Source of the DNA: Hypanus sabinus
Taxonomy: Eukaryota
Direction of reading: 5' to 3'
Assembly: GCF_030144855.1 (NCBI RefSeq)
Contig: NC_082723.1
Location: forward strand, 15,624,001-15,688,000
DNA: 64,000 nucleotides
Positions 24,013 to 36,640 of the stretch are shown piece by piece. Each line of letters begins with the position of its first letter. Within the stretch, counting starts at the first letter, position 1. Position numbers and translations under genes: made by a program. Under the pieces are notes generated by a model. That model was not told where the DNA came from, ran no database searches, and worked only from the letters and a program-made list of their open reading frames with translations.

Positions 24013-25685
24013 CTGGAGAAACAAAATTGTGTTGAAGTTAAAGAAAAGGACTTTAGACAGAACAAACCTATTTAATTAATTTATTTGTTATATTTACTGT
24101 ATATATATGTATAGCACATTAACAGGCCCTTCAGCCCCAACAAGACGGCGCCAATGAATTACACCTGAGCGACCAATTAACCTACTAACCTGTATGTCTT
24201 TGGACTGGGGGAGGAAACTGGAGCGCGCAGGGGAAAGCCGTGTGGTCATGGGGAGAACATACAAGCTCCTTACAGACGGTGGCGGGAATTAAACTCGGGT
24301 CACTTTTACTGTAACAGTGTTTTGCTAACTGCTACACTATCCTGCTCTTTTTGTAAAGCCACCTACCTCTCTTTCCCATTCAATCTCAATGCTTTCTAAA
24401 CACTTAGTGTTTATTTTGCCTACTTCGTTTTATTTTAAGGGTGAAGTGGCTTTTTCTCAGTCCTGGAGAACTCTACTGCAACCTTGGAACACCAAACTTG
24501 GAAACAATTAATGCAAACACCTTATTTGTTTACCCATGCTCTACACATTCTTAGCTGTGGTACTTGAAGCTTCAAAATACTGAATCATTTCCCTGGGTCA
24601 ACACCCTCATCCTTTGACATTTTGAAAAATTTGCTCTCTACCTGATCTTCATGTCTTGGAAGAAAACAACCCCATTTTAGTTGGAGACTTCAGCCCCTTA
24701 TTGTTCACATTTGTACTTTGTTAGGTACAGTGATATTCCTTCAAAACTAAGCATAGATTTCAACTTTCAATTCTCTACTCTGTGTGTAGGCCTCCGTTAG
24801 TCTCGATAGACCATGGATTTGCACCTTGGAAAGTTTCCAGGGGGCAATCCTGGGCAAGTTTTTTTTTACGGAAGACCGGCAGTTGCCCAAGCTGCAAGTC
24901 TCCCCTCTCCACATGTTGTCCAAGGGAAGGGCATTAGATTTTCTACTCTATGCCTCGATTTAATATATTGTTTAAAGGTAGCTGTCTTTTTTAAAATCAG
25001 AAATATTACCATTGCTGCACCACTGTACCTGAGGCACCCACTTTTGGGCATGTTCCCTTCTCGCTCCTGAATCATTAATTTAAAAGATAGCATAACATTA
25101 TAGAGATAACAGTGGCTAAACTTTTCCAGTTCACTTCAGAATCTAATACTGCTATGACATGTGATTCTAGCATCTGTATCCCTTGAACAGCTGGGGAGTT
25201 AGATAGTGTTCTTGTCTTTTATCAATAAAGCTGTTTATTGTGTTAATATTATAAAAAGTGACACTATTTTACAACATAATTTTCAGTTAACTTGCGGGAA
25301 ATTGCATGAGGAGCAGAGTCACTGAAATTTATATTTTATGTCTTAAATCGCTCATTCTTTCACAGAAAGGCATCATGATACTTTTGTGTCGATGTGTCAG
25401 TGAACAAGCTTCACATAAAATCCCGGCATCTTTCCACAAGTAGCCAAAATAAGGATAAAGGGTGAAATGGTATCTTCCCAGTGCTGGACGGGTTTTAAAT
25501 TCCACAGCTTTTCTAAATTTGAACTAATTCAAACATACTGAGTTACCAAGTGAACGATGAAATCGTACTCAATCTTGCCAAGCTGGCAGGGTAAGTTAGT
25601 TTTCATCACCGATTCTTCTGATCAATTTCAATAGTACCTACTGTCAATAGATCCTTGAATATTCATTATAATGTAACAAACTTAC

Positions 25686-25691
25686 CTGCAT
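25686..25691 (-). CDS. B3GALT9: B3GALT9 initiator micro-CDS (Met-Gln)
   Basis: ACCATGCAG|GTAAG has good Kozak context and a consensus donor; gives MQ-LLFCRLRTHQW, matching human MQVTFCRLRTHQW. Confidence 0.85.
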
Positions 25692-25895
25692 GGTCACTAT
25701 AAGGGTATTAATGTGATTAACTCCTCTGTAATGTAGAGATTAACTGGTCTTTAGTAGCTGTGCATTCAACTTGTCGAATTGTTCTGCTGTACAATTTTTA
25801 AAATGAGGCAAGAGACTGCCTGGTCGATCCGATTCCCCTCTTAGAAAGATGCATTCAGAGAGTCATATCGCATAGCTCGCCTTCAGGTCAAGTAC
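25692..25895 (-). other. B3GALT9: B3GALT9 5' UTR part of the ATG-bearing exon
   Basis: Strong polypyrimidine tract TTTGTTTCTTCTTCTTTTTCT ending in an uncommon GAG acceptor. Confidence 0.55.
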
Positions 25896-26644
25896 CTCAG
25901 AAAAAGAAGAAGAAACAAATAAAACAAGTTAGATTGTGTTCCATTGCTAACTTATTTCATGTATCATTGTGTATAGTTGCAGGGCATTGCATACGTTTCA
26001 ATGCACTTACTCATTTCTTTCTTTTGCGGCTTGTGTTGTTGAAAGTAACTTGCACTAGGTGAATTATTTAGTACTAAAGGTGAAATGGATAAGCTTCAGT
26101 ATCAAATATCAGGATACAAATTAAATAGATACAAATCAACAGTGCATCAAGGCTCTCCATGACACAAAGAACAAATAGCATTTGTATGCAGGAAATGATT
26201 ATGCTTATTGCATGATAGAGGCTGTTCAAATGATACCAACAGCTATTAAATAAAATCATACCTTTAGTAAGATAGACAAGAAACTAAGGTAAATTCTGTT
26301 TCTATTTCAACAACACACAGAAAATACTGGAGGAGCTCTGGAAATAAGGCAGTATCTATTAAGGGACATAAACAGACAATGTTTCAGACCGAGAGCCTTT
26401 ATCAGGACTGGTAAGAAAGGGAGCTGTTTTTAATTGAAAGTGTTGTTTTGAGATGTTTAAACTAATTAGCTCTTTTTACACCATTTCTGAAATTGGATGG
26501 GAAATACTCCATTAAGGTAGGCTATGATGACGGTGTAGTGGCAAGTTACTCAACTCATAATCCAGAGTCCTAGATTAACACTCCAGAGAGCCTAGTTCAA
26601 ATCTTACCAAGGCTTCTCTTGAACCTTGAATTCAGCTATCATAT

Positions 26645-27185
26645 CACTCAGGGGCCACTTTAGTAGGTACACCTGTGCTTCTGCTTGTTAATGCAAATAC
26701 CTAATCATGCGGCAGCAATTCATGCATTAAAGCACGTAGACATGGTCAAGAGGTTCAGTTGTTGTGCAGACCAAACATCAGAATGGGGAAGAAATGTGAT
26801 CTAAGTGACTATAACTGTGATATGGTTGTTGGTGCCAGATAGGGTAGTTTGAGTATCTTATAAACTGCTGATTTCCTGGGGTTTTCATGCAGAACGATCT
26901 CTAAAGTTTACAGAAAATGGTGTGAAAAACAAAAACAAAAATATCCAATGAACAACAGTTTTGTGGGTGAAAATGCCTTGTGAATGAGAGAGTTCGGAGG
27001 AGAATAGCCAGACTGGTTCAAGCTGACAGGAAGGCGACAGTAACGCCTGTTACTGCAGGCGTGTGCAGTGAAACAGCTCTGAATGCAACACACATCAGAT
27101 CCTGAAGCAGCGGAAGGGCATGAACATACTGTACACTCCGTGGCCACTTTATACAGGAGGCATCTGATAAGACGACCAGAGTGTA
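26645..27185 (+). mobile_element. Non-autonomous Tc1 element
   Basis: TIR-like CACTCAGGGGCCACTTTAGTAGGTAC; decayed transposase N-terminus MGKKCDLSD...MVVGAR...TADFLGFS...RLVQADRKATV. Confidence 0.85.
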
Positions 27186-27260
27186 AATGAAACATGAATT
27201 CATCAGTTGTAATGATGACCGCAGACCACAAACAATCTAATTCAATAATGTCATCCTAAC

Positions 27261-27338
27261 CTGGTCCAGCTTGTATGGGACTCCAGCACATTTCTGAAAT
27301 GGTCCGACATCCCAGAGCCAACTATCATAACTGCGGCG
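27261..27338 (-). other. Putative upstream 5' UTR exon of B3GALT9 (78 nt)
   Basis: Acceptor TTTTATTCTTTCTGTGTTTCAG and donor CAG|GTTAGG; unique sequence lying between the promoter and the ATG exon. Confidence 0.55.
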
Positions 27339-27539
27339 CTGAAACACAGAAAGAATAAAATTGGACAGACAAGTCAGTATTGAACTTGACACCGAATTTG
27401 ATACTGAATTAAAATATTTGCAAACCAACCCTTTTCACAAATATTATGCGGCTAGAGTCAAAATTGTGTTAACTGCCCCACAGACAATATAAGAAATAGT
27501 CTGACATAGTTATTCTTCCTCCAAGAGGACCATAATCTT

Positions 27540-27765
27540 GTCACTGGGTTTGGAGGCTTGCCTGCCTCAATGACCCGGAGAGTTGCGTTGGCTGGAGTCA
27601 GGGCTTCGTGCTTTGGCTCTTGGTAGGGTCACCAATGACAAACAGGTCAAAGGGTAGAAGTCAGACTAAGAGTGGTCCACCGGTCCTCCAGGTTCAGGAG
27701 TTCAGCTCAGGGCTAACAACCCTGACTAGTAAAACAAAATTGTTATGGAAACAGCAATGAAGAAA
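27540..27765 (+). mobile_element. RTE (Expander/Rex3-like) 5' UTR-derived element
   Basis: CCTCAATGACCC...GGTAGGGTCACC...AAACAGGTC...GGGCTAACAACCCTGAC.AGTAAAA resembles RTE leaders as recalled. Confidence 0.55.
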
Positions 27766-28719
27766 CCTTTTATACAGACAAATAAGGATGACTTTCATTG
27801 CTGCCTTAAATGCCAAAAGCGTAACGGGAAGTTAATGTAAATAAAAATAGTTATTCTCACAGAATCATATCTTACATAAAACATGTGAAAATCTGCATCA
27901 AAATTCTTGTATAACACTAACAGACAGCACAAAGGTACACAGGTGCACCTGGATTCAAAACAATAAATGCTTAAGATTTTTATTAGGAACAAGCTTTGCT
28001 TTTTTAAATGAAAATAAATCATTTTTTCTGGTGCCTTATTAAATTCTACATAATCAGGGTTGAATTTCACACATTGCTAATCCCTCTAAAAGTTTTAAGA
28101 TAGTTAACCCTTTCTGTTATAGCTTCATCAGTCTCGGCTGTTAACTAATTTCCATTGATGCTGCCTGACCTGTGAGTTCCTCCAGCATTTTGAGTGTGTT
28201 GCTTTGGATTTCCAGCATCTGCAGATTTTCTCATGTTTTTTATTGCTTTGATGATCAATAACATTTGCACCACATCTCCAGAGCATTGAACTACATAACT
28301 GCAATGCAATTAGGTATTTAATTCTAACGTGAAATTACACAAATAACCACATCATTTCTGTAAATTATCACATGTTGATGGTCTAAGGAAACGGAACGGT
28401 TCTCTTAAAAAAGACAAATTATGGGTAAAACACTTCACTGAAAGTTAAATGTTTGTGATTTGATTGTATATATTTTTCTCTCTTCTGAATGCTAATTAAC
28501 ATCAGATCAATCTGAATGTATTTATACTGTTTGACACAGGAGCCCTCCACACAATGTCTAAATGTCCACAATTCAGAAGAGAAGTGTTCACGAAGCCCTG
28601 CACTAGCCACTGAGTTGTAGACAGAGCTCATATGACTCAGGAATTATCAAACAAAATTAATTTGTTCAGAAAACTGAGAAAACAGAATCTCCAGCAATTA
28701 ATGTTTCAGAAAAGTTAGA

Positions 28720-29215
28720 AGCAAATTTCTACAGATGTACCGTGGAGAGCATTCGAAGTGGCTGCATCACCGTCTGGTACGGTTGGGGTGCGGGTGGCGA
28801 GGGTTGCTACTGCACAGGGTCAAAAAAAGTTGCAGAAAGTTGTGAACTCGGTCAGTTCCATCATGGGCACTAGCCTTCCCAGCATCTCAAAAAGGCAGCA
28901 TCCATCATTAAGGACTCCCATCACCCAGGACATGCCTTCTTCTCATTGCTACCAACAGGGAGGAGGTACAATAACCTGAAGGCACACACTCAGCGTTTCA
29001 GGAACAGCTTCTTTCCCTTTGCCATCTGATTTCTGAACGGACATTGAAACCATGAACACTACCCAACTACTTTTTTCATTTCTCTTTTTGTACTATTTAC
29101 TTAACTTCTTAAATATATATATTTACTGTAATTTATAGGTTTTCATTATTATGTATTGCAATGTACTGCTGCCCCATAACAATATATGCTGGTAATATTA
29201 AACCTGATTCTGAAT
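28720..29215 (+). mobile_element. Rex/L2-type LINE 3' fragment
   Basis: FYRCTVESI..GCITVWYG...KKLQKVVNS...FRNSFFP motifs; tail AATATTAAACCTGATTCTGA. Confidence 0.8.
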
Positions 29216-29774
29216 ATGCCAAGGAGGGGTTAGTTAGAGCCACTGGAGTACAGGCGGAGGAGTACTTAAATACCCTAAAGTTGAGAGTGAAAAAGACTGA
29301 AGACAGTGAAAATTTGGGGAAAAACTGTAAATACTGGAAATGTTAAATTAAAACAGGAAATACTGACTAACAGAAAGAGAAGTGAGTACTTTTTCAGGTC
29401 AGAGACCCTTGGCCAGAACCAGGAAAGAGAAACCACCCTAGTTTTCAGCATCAGGGAAGGTAGAGTAAGGATGGCTAGAACAAAGAGAATATCTCTGAAA
29501 CAGTGAGACCAAAAAAGTCTTAAAGTGGAAGTTAGAAGTACATTGTACTTTTATTTTGTCTCAGGAAGAGTTATCTAAAGTTGTAGAATTCAGGGCTGGG
29601 TCCAGAAGGCTGCAATGTGCTGTAAGAGGAGATGTTGTTCCAAGTTGACACAGAGAGAAGGGTCAAGGTGGGAATGGGATGCTGAATTACAAGTGGTAAG
29701 CAATCAGAAGCTCAGGGTCACTCTAGTGGCTTGAACTCGGCTGTCCCACAGAGCTCAATCACTCAACCTGGAGC

Positions 29775-30140
29775 AGCAGACATAAATTGCTGGAGGAACT
29801 CAGCAGGTCGGGCAGCATCTATGGAAAAGAGTACAGAGTCAACGTTTCATCCGGACAGGAAAAAACGATAAGAAGTCAGAGCAAGAAGGTGGGCGGGGAG
29901 GAAGAAGTACAAGGTGGCAGATGATAGGTGAAACCGGGAGGGAGGGGGGAGAGGAGGGGTGAAGTAAAGAGCTGAGAGGTCGATTAGTGGAAGAGAGAAA
30001 GGGCTGGAGAAAGGGGAATCTGATAGGGGAGGACAGAAGGCCATAGAAGAAAGAAAAGGAGGAGAGGAGCACCAGCGGGAGGTGAGGAGCAGGTAAGGTG
30101 AGAGAGGGTGGGGGAGGGCAAATACCAGAAGTTCGAGAAA
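29775..30140 (-). mobile_element. Penelope-like terminal repeat
   Basis: Colinear with 41410-41840; hammerhead region internally deleted. Confidence 0.75.
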
Positions 30141-30539
30141 CGCAAGCGTAAAGGGTATCGCATAGTGACGCCATACACAGATAGGAAGAAGTACACATGC
30201 CTCACACAGAAAGATTGCTGAGGTCTCCCGATGGTGGGAGAAAACTGACGCCAGAAGCATTGCAAAGCCCTGCAGAGTTAGTTGCGTAAGGAATACTGCG
30301 GGGTGGAATTGAAGAGTGGATCTGAAAGTTGAAAAGGCAGTAGTCCACTCCAAATGCAGAAGCGTTAGGGTGAAACAGTATGTTCGGTGGTTGGGGACAA
30401 GGTTTGTGTCCGGCATGTGTCAACAAGTGGATGGTGAGATCAGAGATGCACAGAAATGGACGTTCACTCTGGTAGAAGGGAAAGGATGAGAATTCTGAAT
30501 CATCACCCAAGCGGAACAAACACAACAGAGACCGGGAAA

Positions 30540-31060
30540 TCTTAACAACGTTAGGCGCGGCTGCTTGGAACAGTCACACATGCAACGTCGAAATTTCCTT
30601 CAGAATGATTGGCAACTGTCGGGGGCCCTTTACACCCTATCATGAGCGAGAAGTTGAAAGGGCGGAACGACACGAATGACTGGCAAGTCAAGTGTCGTAT
30701 CGGAACGCAGATCTCTGGGTCAGTGGGAACGATGACACCCTATGAACGTGTGTTGAAGGTGGGGCTTATGGGGGGGGCAGGCCGATTAGTTGAATGATTG
30801 GCAGTTCAGGAACCAATTAACTTACGGAAAAGGCTGTCATGGTCCGTTGATCGTGGCCTATGAAATGCGCTGAGGGCGGGGTTAGAAGGAAGGCCCTATT
30901 TTCTGATGACTGGCAGTTTAACAACCAATGATATCATAGAGTGGGCAGCCGCAGGCGGACGATGGGAGCCTATGAGGCTGCCGCGAGGGCGGGACGCGTC
31001 AGTCCCCTAGTTGGTCCTGGAGGAGAGTGATTGGGATGAGGTCGGCTTCCATTAAGGACA
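30540..31060. promoter_or_regulatory. CpG-rich, probably bidirectional promoter (B3GALT9 / KLHL20-like)
   Basis: CCAAT/ATTGG boxes (30608, 30797, 30813, 30925) and GC boxes (30660, 30874, 30987); no TATA; lies between the divergent genes. Confidence 0.75.
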
Positions 31061-31236
31061 ACAATAGTCCGAGTTGCGTCGAAGGACCGGATCGGTTTGC
31101 GTATGGAGAGCTGGCATAGATTTGAAGCCTGTTTGGGTTGGTGATGGTGGCGGGGGACCCGGGCCGCTCTCCCTGACCCAGTGAGGTGGAGCTGGGGCTT
31201 GAGTGCTCACCGTGTCCGGCTTCAGGCCGCCAACTG
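31030..31236 (+). other. Putative non-coding first exon of the KLHL20-like gene (start approximate)
   Basis: Consensus donor CTG|GTGAGT at 31237 just downstream of the promoter; in-frame TGA at 31200 when spliced to 32731. Confidence 0.6.
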
Positions 31237-31569
31237 GTGAGTGTCGTCCCCTCGTAAAAACTGATGCTTTATCTGCAGATCCGGGTCTGTTTTGGACGGA
31301 GTCGGAACCCTGACCTGCTCGGAGGGAATGGGGTGAAGGTCAAACCACTGCGAGACTCTGGAAACGCCACTGATTGGGACCAAAAGATCTCGATCGATGG
31401 ACTGACTGAGTGGTAGCCAAGTCTAAAGTTCTCTAATAAATAACTTTGATTTTGTCATTCAGCGTCAAGCTCTAAGAGTTGTTAAATTAAACTACTTTTC
31501 TTATTTTTCTACCCTGATCCCTCAAAGTTCCATATTACTCCGTTGATTGGCCCCAGTATATAAGTGTGG

Positions 31570-32277
31570 CGGTTGGGAAGATTCGGCATCACGTCTGAAA
31601 CTCTGACAAACTTCTATAGATGTGTGGTGGAGAGTATATTGACTGGTTGAGCGGAAAATCCTCCAGAAGGTACTGGATACGGCCCAGTCCAACACGGGCA
31701 AAGCTCTCCGCACCATTCAGCACATCTACCCGAACTTTGTTGTGGAATCCCTGTCTAGATTCTACGACAAAACTCAAAGTAAATTTCTGATCAAAGTACA
31801 TATATGTCACCAAATACAACCCTGGAAAGCAGCATCCATCATCAGGGACTCCCACTACCCAGGTCATGCTCTGTTTTCTTCTGCCACCAGGAGCAAGAGC
31901 CTCAAGACTTATACCACCAGGCTCAGGAACAGTTGTTATCCCTCAACCATTAGGCTCTTGAATCAAAATGACTAACTTCACACAACTTCACTTGCCCCAT
32001 CTGTTCCCAAAACCTATGGACTCACTTTCAAGGACTCTTCATCTCATGCTCTCAGTATTTATTGTGTATTTATTAATTATTGTTACTTCTTTGTTTTTTG
32101 TTTGTATTTGCACAGTTTGTTGTCTTCTGCACACTGGTTGTTTGCCCTGTTGGGTACAGTCTTTCTATAGTTCTATTATGGTTTGTGAATTTGCTGACTA
32201 TGCCTGCAAGACAATGAATCTCGGGGTGGTATATAGTGACATACATGTACATTGGTAATAAATTTACTTTGAACTTT
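31570..32277 (+). mobile_element. Rex/L2-type LINE 3' fragment
   Basis: TLTNFYRCVVESILTG...KAASIIRDSHYPGHALF...RLRNSCYPSTIRLLN; tail AATAAATTTACTTTGAACTTTG. Confidence 0.8.
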
Positions 32278-32738
32278 GTTGTAGAATCTGGGAAGGAATA
32301 TTGGGAGAATAAATTGGGATTCAGGAGGGGCTGGTGTGGACTCAGGGAGGTGAAAGGCCTGCTTCTAAGCTGTACGCTGCAAATTAAAAATAAAATTTCA
32401 AAAGTTGAGAATGACATTGTTTGGTTGGGTTGTGGCAGAGAAGATCAAAATACCAAGACGCTGGAACAGTTTGGGGGGTGGGGGAGTGTTGATGCTTTTG
32501 CTGCTGTGTGTGCATGGGAGAAGGAGGGGGGCTTTGGGGTTATAATGTTTTCTGTCATTCATTCTTCAGGGTTTTTTTCCTTCTGTTTTGTGGATGTCTG
32601 TGAAGAGTAAGAATTTCACGCTGTGTTCTGTATACATTCTCTGATATTAAATTGAACCATTGAAGATCTTGATAATTTTGCAGAATGGATGCCTCTTCAC
32701 CAAATGAGTTTCAATGAACCTGTTTTTTAGATCAGTAC

Positions 32739-33302
32739 ATGTCTCCGGTGGTGACAGGAATGGACGTGACCAGCCGATGTACCAGTGGTGATCCGAACCG
32801 GCTTCCGGAGGGACTGCCTCAATCTGCGTGCTTGCACTATATCTCTGACAAGCACCCCCGGCTGACCCTGGACGCCATCAACCAGCTGAGGAAGAACCAG
32901 GGCCTGTGCGACGTGGTGCTTGTCGTGGGCCTGAAGAAGATCTATGCCCATCGAGTGGTGCTTGCGGCTTGCAGTCCGTACTTCCACGCGATGTTCACGA
33001 GCGAGCTTGCTGAGAGCAGGCAGACGGAAGTTCTCATTAGAGACATCGATGAGCGGGCCATCGAGCTTCTCATTGAATTTGCATATACATCCCAAATTAT
33101 TGTGGAAGAGAACAATGTTCAGACTTTGCTGCCGGCTGCTTGCTTACTGCAGCTGACTGAGATTCAGGAGACCTGTTGTGAATTTTTAAAGCGGCAGCTA
33201 GATCCGTCCAATTGTTTGGGAATCCGAGCGTTTGCTGACACTCACGCGTGCCGAGAATTGCTGCGGGTGGCGGATAAGTTCACACAACACAACTTTCAGG
33301 AG
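32739..33302 (+). CDS. KLHL20: Kelch-like protein 20-like, coding exon 1 (BTB, start of BACK)
   Basis: [54 protein letters not shown]...HNFQE; acceptor at 32730, donor GTGAGA at 33303. Confidence 0.95.
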
Positions 33303-34890
33303 GTGAGAAGTTTCATTTTTTTCCTTCCCACGAATTGAACTATTTTTGGAATTGTGGACAGAGGAGTGAAATTCGGAATGGCAATCTTGAGACTGCTACG
33401 TCACCCGGTAGGCAGCTTTTGTGTTGGTGGTACAATGAATCTTATCAGATGCAAGGACCACAGTGTACAGTTTCAAAAGAGTACGAGTAGGCAGTTATCT
33501 TATATACACAGACTAAATGGAGCCTAAATTTAAGAGCTGACGCTGGGCTGTGATGTTCGCAGACGTCGTGGTTCAGATTTTGTTGTTTTTTTAGATTCGT
33601 AAGGTTAGTTTTATAGGCAGCCAGGGTTGCTAGGGGGACAAATTAGGATTTAGATTCAGGGATAAGGGGAAGGTAACAAAGAGTTTGGACAGGAGCTGGT
33701 GTTTAGAGTCCGGGTCAAAGGAGCTGAAGAGATCCTGGAGTTGGGTTGGCAAGCGCTGAAGAGGTCAGAGACCCCCAGGCGAGGGAGTCCTGGGTCTTGG
33801 AGGTCCACATGGCGCATGAGTCACGTAGGCTGGTGAACCCCCCCCCCCCCCCCCAACCAGGTCATTGAAGTTGCCCAGAGGTGGCCTGTACTAGGTTTGG
33901 AGGCCTGTTGTGTGTGTTTGAGTAGGTGCTGTTGTGTTTGTTATTGAGGGATAGAGCAGGGCACACCAGGATACCAACATGCAGGATACTCAACGGAACT
34001 TTATTGCCAAGCCTGGGGCGTGTACAGTATGTGAACTCCTCCCATGTGGGGGCGGCTAACACAGTGGCATAGGAGTAACCGATTAACTACCACTACTCCT
34101 GGCTGGGTGAGAGGGTGGGGCAGAGGCTTGTTTTGCTGGTTTATTTAGTTACCTTTTGAGTTGTTCTGATGAACATTGTGGGCATGCTGCTGTATGTTGG
34201 TGCCAGGTTATGTGGCTGCACTTGCTGTCCCCATCACATCCTTGGGTGTGTTAGTTGTTAACTTAAGCGACACATTTCACTGCACACTATGTTTCGATGT
34301 ACATGTGATAAATAAATCTGCATCTGAGTTGGCCTTCCTGCTTCTGTCCTGTTATTTTACGCTTTCACAGTGATTATAGAGGGTCACCTGTGTCCACCAG
34401 CAAAGCCACATCTTTACTGTTTTGGAGCTAGCCTTTGATTATATTTTAATAAGATAATTATCTATCCTGTCATTCCCATAATCCATTCTTGATTACAGGA
34501 GCATATAAAATTTGGATATAAAACTTATTGGGTTTTTTTCTTTACATTGATGCTGCCTGAGCTGCTGAATGTTTCCACATTTGCTGTTTTTTATTTGGGG
34601 CAATTAAATTGCTGTTATAAACTGTGAAATGGAGTCACATGAAGAACACCCACTTAACTGGAGATTAGGAGGATCAAGCATCTGACTGACTCCCATTGTT
34701 TGGTCCTGAGATTGGATAATTTATCACCACTGCGCAACTTGTACGGCATTTATCCATTTTCGAAATAACTTGAAATAGTCTTTGGTGTAATTTGACCACA
34801 TCATAGTATCTCAATAGTATTTAGTTAAATCCTGTCTAACACAGAAAGAAATTTGCCAGGAATAAGTTTAGATGTGACGCTTAAACTTGT

Positions 34891-35086
34891 GAACACACAC
34901 AAAATGCTGGAGGAACTCAGCAGGTCAGGCAGCACCTATGGAAAGGAATAAAGAGTCAACATTTCAGGAAGAGACCCTTCATCAGGCCAGCCGATAAAGG
35001 GTCTCAGCCTAAAAAGTCGACTCTTTACTCCTTTTCATAGTTGCCTGCCTCACCTGTTGAGCTCCTCCAGCATTTTGTGCGTGTTC
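34891..35086. mobile_element. Palindromic Penelope-derived fold-back element with head-to-head hammerhead motifs
   Basis: ~95-bp inverted arms; centre CCCTTCATCAGG-CCAG-CCGATAAAGGG. Confidence 0.8.
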
Positions 35087-35569
35087 TCTGAATTTCCAGC
35101 AGAAACTCTTGAGCTTCCGTTTTTACTTGTAGTTCTTATATTTTAGGTGTTACATTTATTTAAATCCACATTTCTCTGTTGCCTTCAGCTATCCTTGGAC
35201 CTTTTATATATATCAGTATAATAAATTATTTTCTTGTTTTCTAGTCTATTATCTTCTAAGTAAGAAATAGTCTGATTAACTGCAGGAAGTAAAAGCAGTT
35301 AGCATGCAACCTTAAAGACTTGGGCAAGGTTATACTTGGCGATCTGTAAATACCACATAGATTGCTCAATACTTTGTGAAATAGTGAGACGCAGGTCTTC
35401 CTCTGCAGTAACCACCTTTCCTGAAGGCTGCCTCTTATTTCCCTTAAGGAAAAGAAAGCCAGTACATCACATGTTACAAAGAGAAATGTTTTGTGGTGTG
35501 ATAACCCTGTTGTTATGAAACCAAGTATTGTGAATTTTAAAACTCCCAAGTGCTGGCTTTTATATCGGT

Positions 35570-36530
35570 ATAGAAGTTACATGAAATTTGTTGTTTAGCG
35601 ACAGCAGTACAGTGCAATACATAAAAACACTATAAATTACTATCTATGTAAATAATTAGTGCAAAAAGAGAGGGGAAATGGTGAGGTAGTGTACATGGAT
35701 TCAATGACCATTCAGAAATATGATGGCGGGGGGAAGAAGCTGTTCTGAAAACACTGAGTGTGTGTCTTCACGCTCGTGTTCCCCCCACCTTGGTGGTAGC
35801 AATGAGGAGAGGGCAGGCCTTCGGTGATAAGGGTCCTTAATGATGGGTGCAGCCTTTTTGAGGGTGTTCTCAGTGCTGGGGAGGTTAGTGCCCATGATGG
35901 AGCTGACGGAGTTTACATCATTCTGCAGCTTTCGGGTCCATCGCAGAGGCACCCCCACCCCATACCAGGCACTGATGCAACCAGTTAGAATGCTCTCCAT
36001 GGAACATCTATAGACATGAAATATAGCCGCTGTTGTGCCTTCTTTGTAATTGCATCAGTATGTTGAGCCCAGGATAGACCTTCAGAGATATTGACACTCC
36101 GAAACTTGAAACTGCTCACTCTTTCCACTGCTGTTCCCTCAATGACTGACTGGTGTGTGTTCCCTCGACTCCTCTTTCTGAAGTCCACAATCAGCTCCTG
36201 GTCTTACTGACTTTGAGTGCAAGGTTGTTGCTGTGACTCCACTCAACCAGCCCATCTGTTTCATTCCTGTACACCTCGTCGCCATCTGAAATTCTGCCAA
36301 CAATAGTTATGTCATCTTCAAATTTATAAATGGCAATTGAGCTGTGCCTAGCCACACAGTCATGGGTGTAGAGAGAGTAGAGCAGTAGGCTAAGCACACA
36401 CCCCTGAAGTGTGCCAGTGTCGATTGTCAGTGATGAGGAGATGTTATTTCCGGTCTGCGCCGACTGTGGTCTCCTGATGAGGAAGACAACGATCCAGTTT
36501 CAGAGTCTGGTAAAGAGGCCCAGATTTTAT
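35570..36530 (-). mobile_element. Rex/L2-type LINE RT fragment
   Basis: LLYSLYTHDCVA...IYKFEDDITIVG, TKKAQQRLYF, ESILTGCISAWYG; frameshifted. Confidence 0.85.
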
Positions 36531-36640
36531 GGCAAGTTGATTGACTCTTGTTTATTTCAGTATTAGAAATTTTAATTTCTTTGTATATTCTCACTTAATT
36601 ATTATGCCCATATGGAACGAATTAATGATATTTGGGTTGT

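Noticed and set aside
24013-24024. TTG start of the 357-aa B3GALT9 ORF
   Set aside because: It is the intron polypyrimidine tract; the start is better explained by the ATG at 25691.
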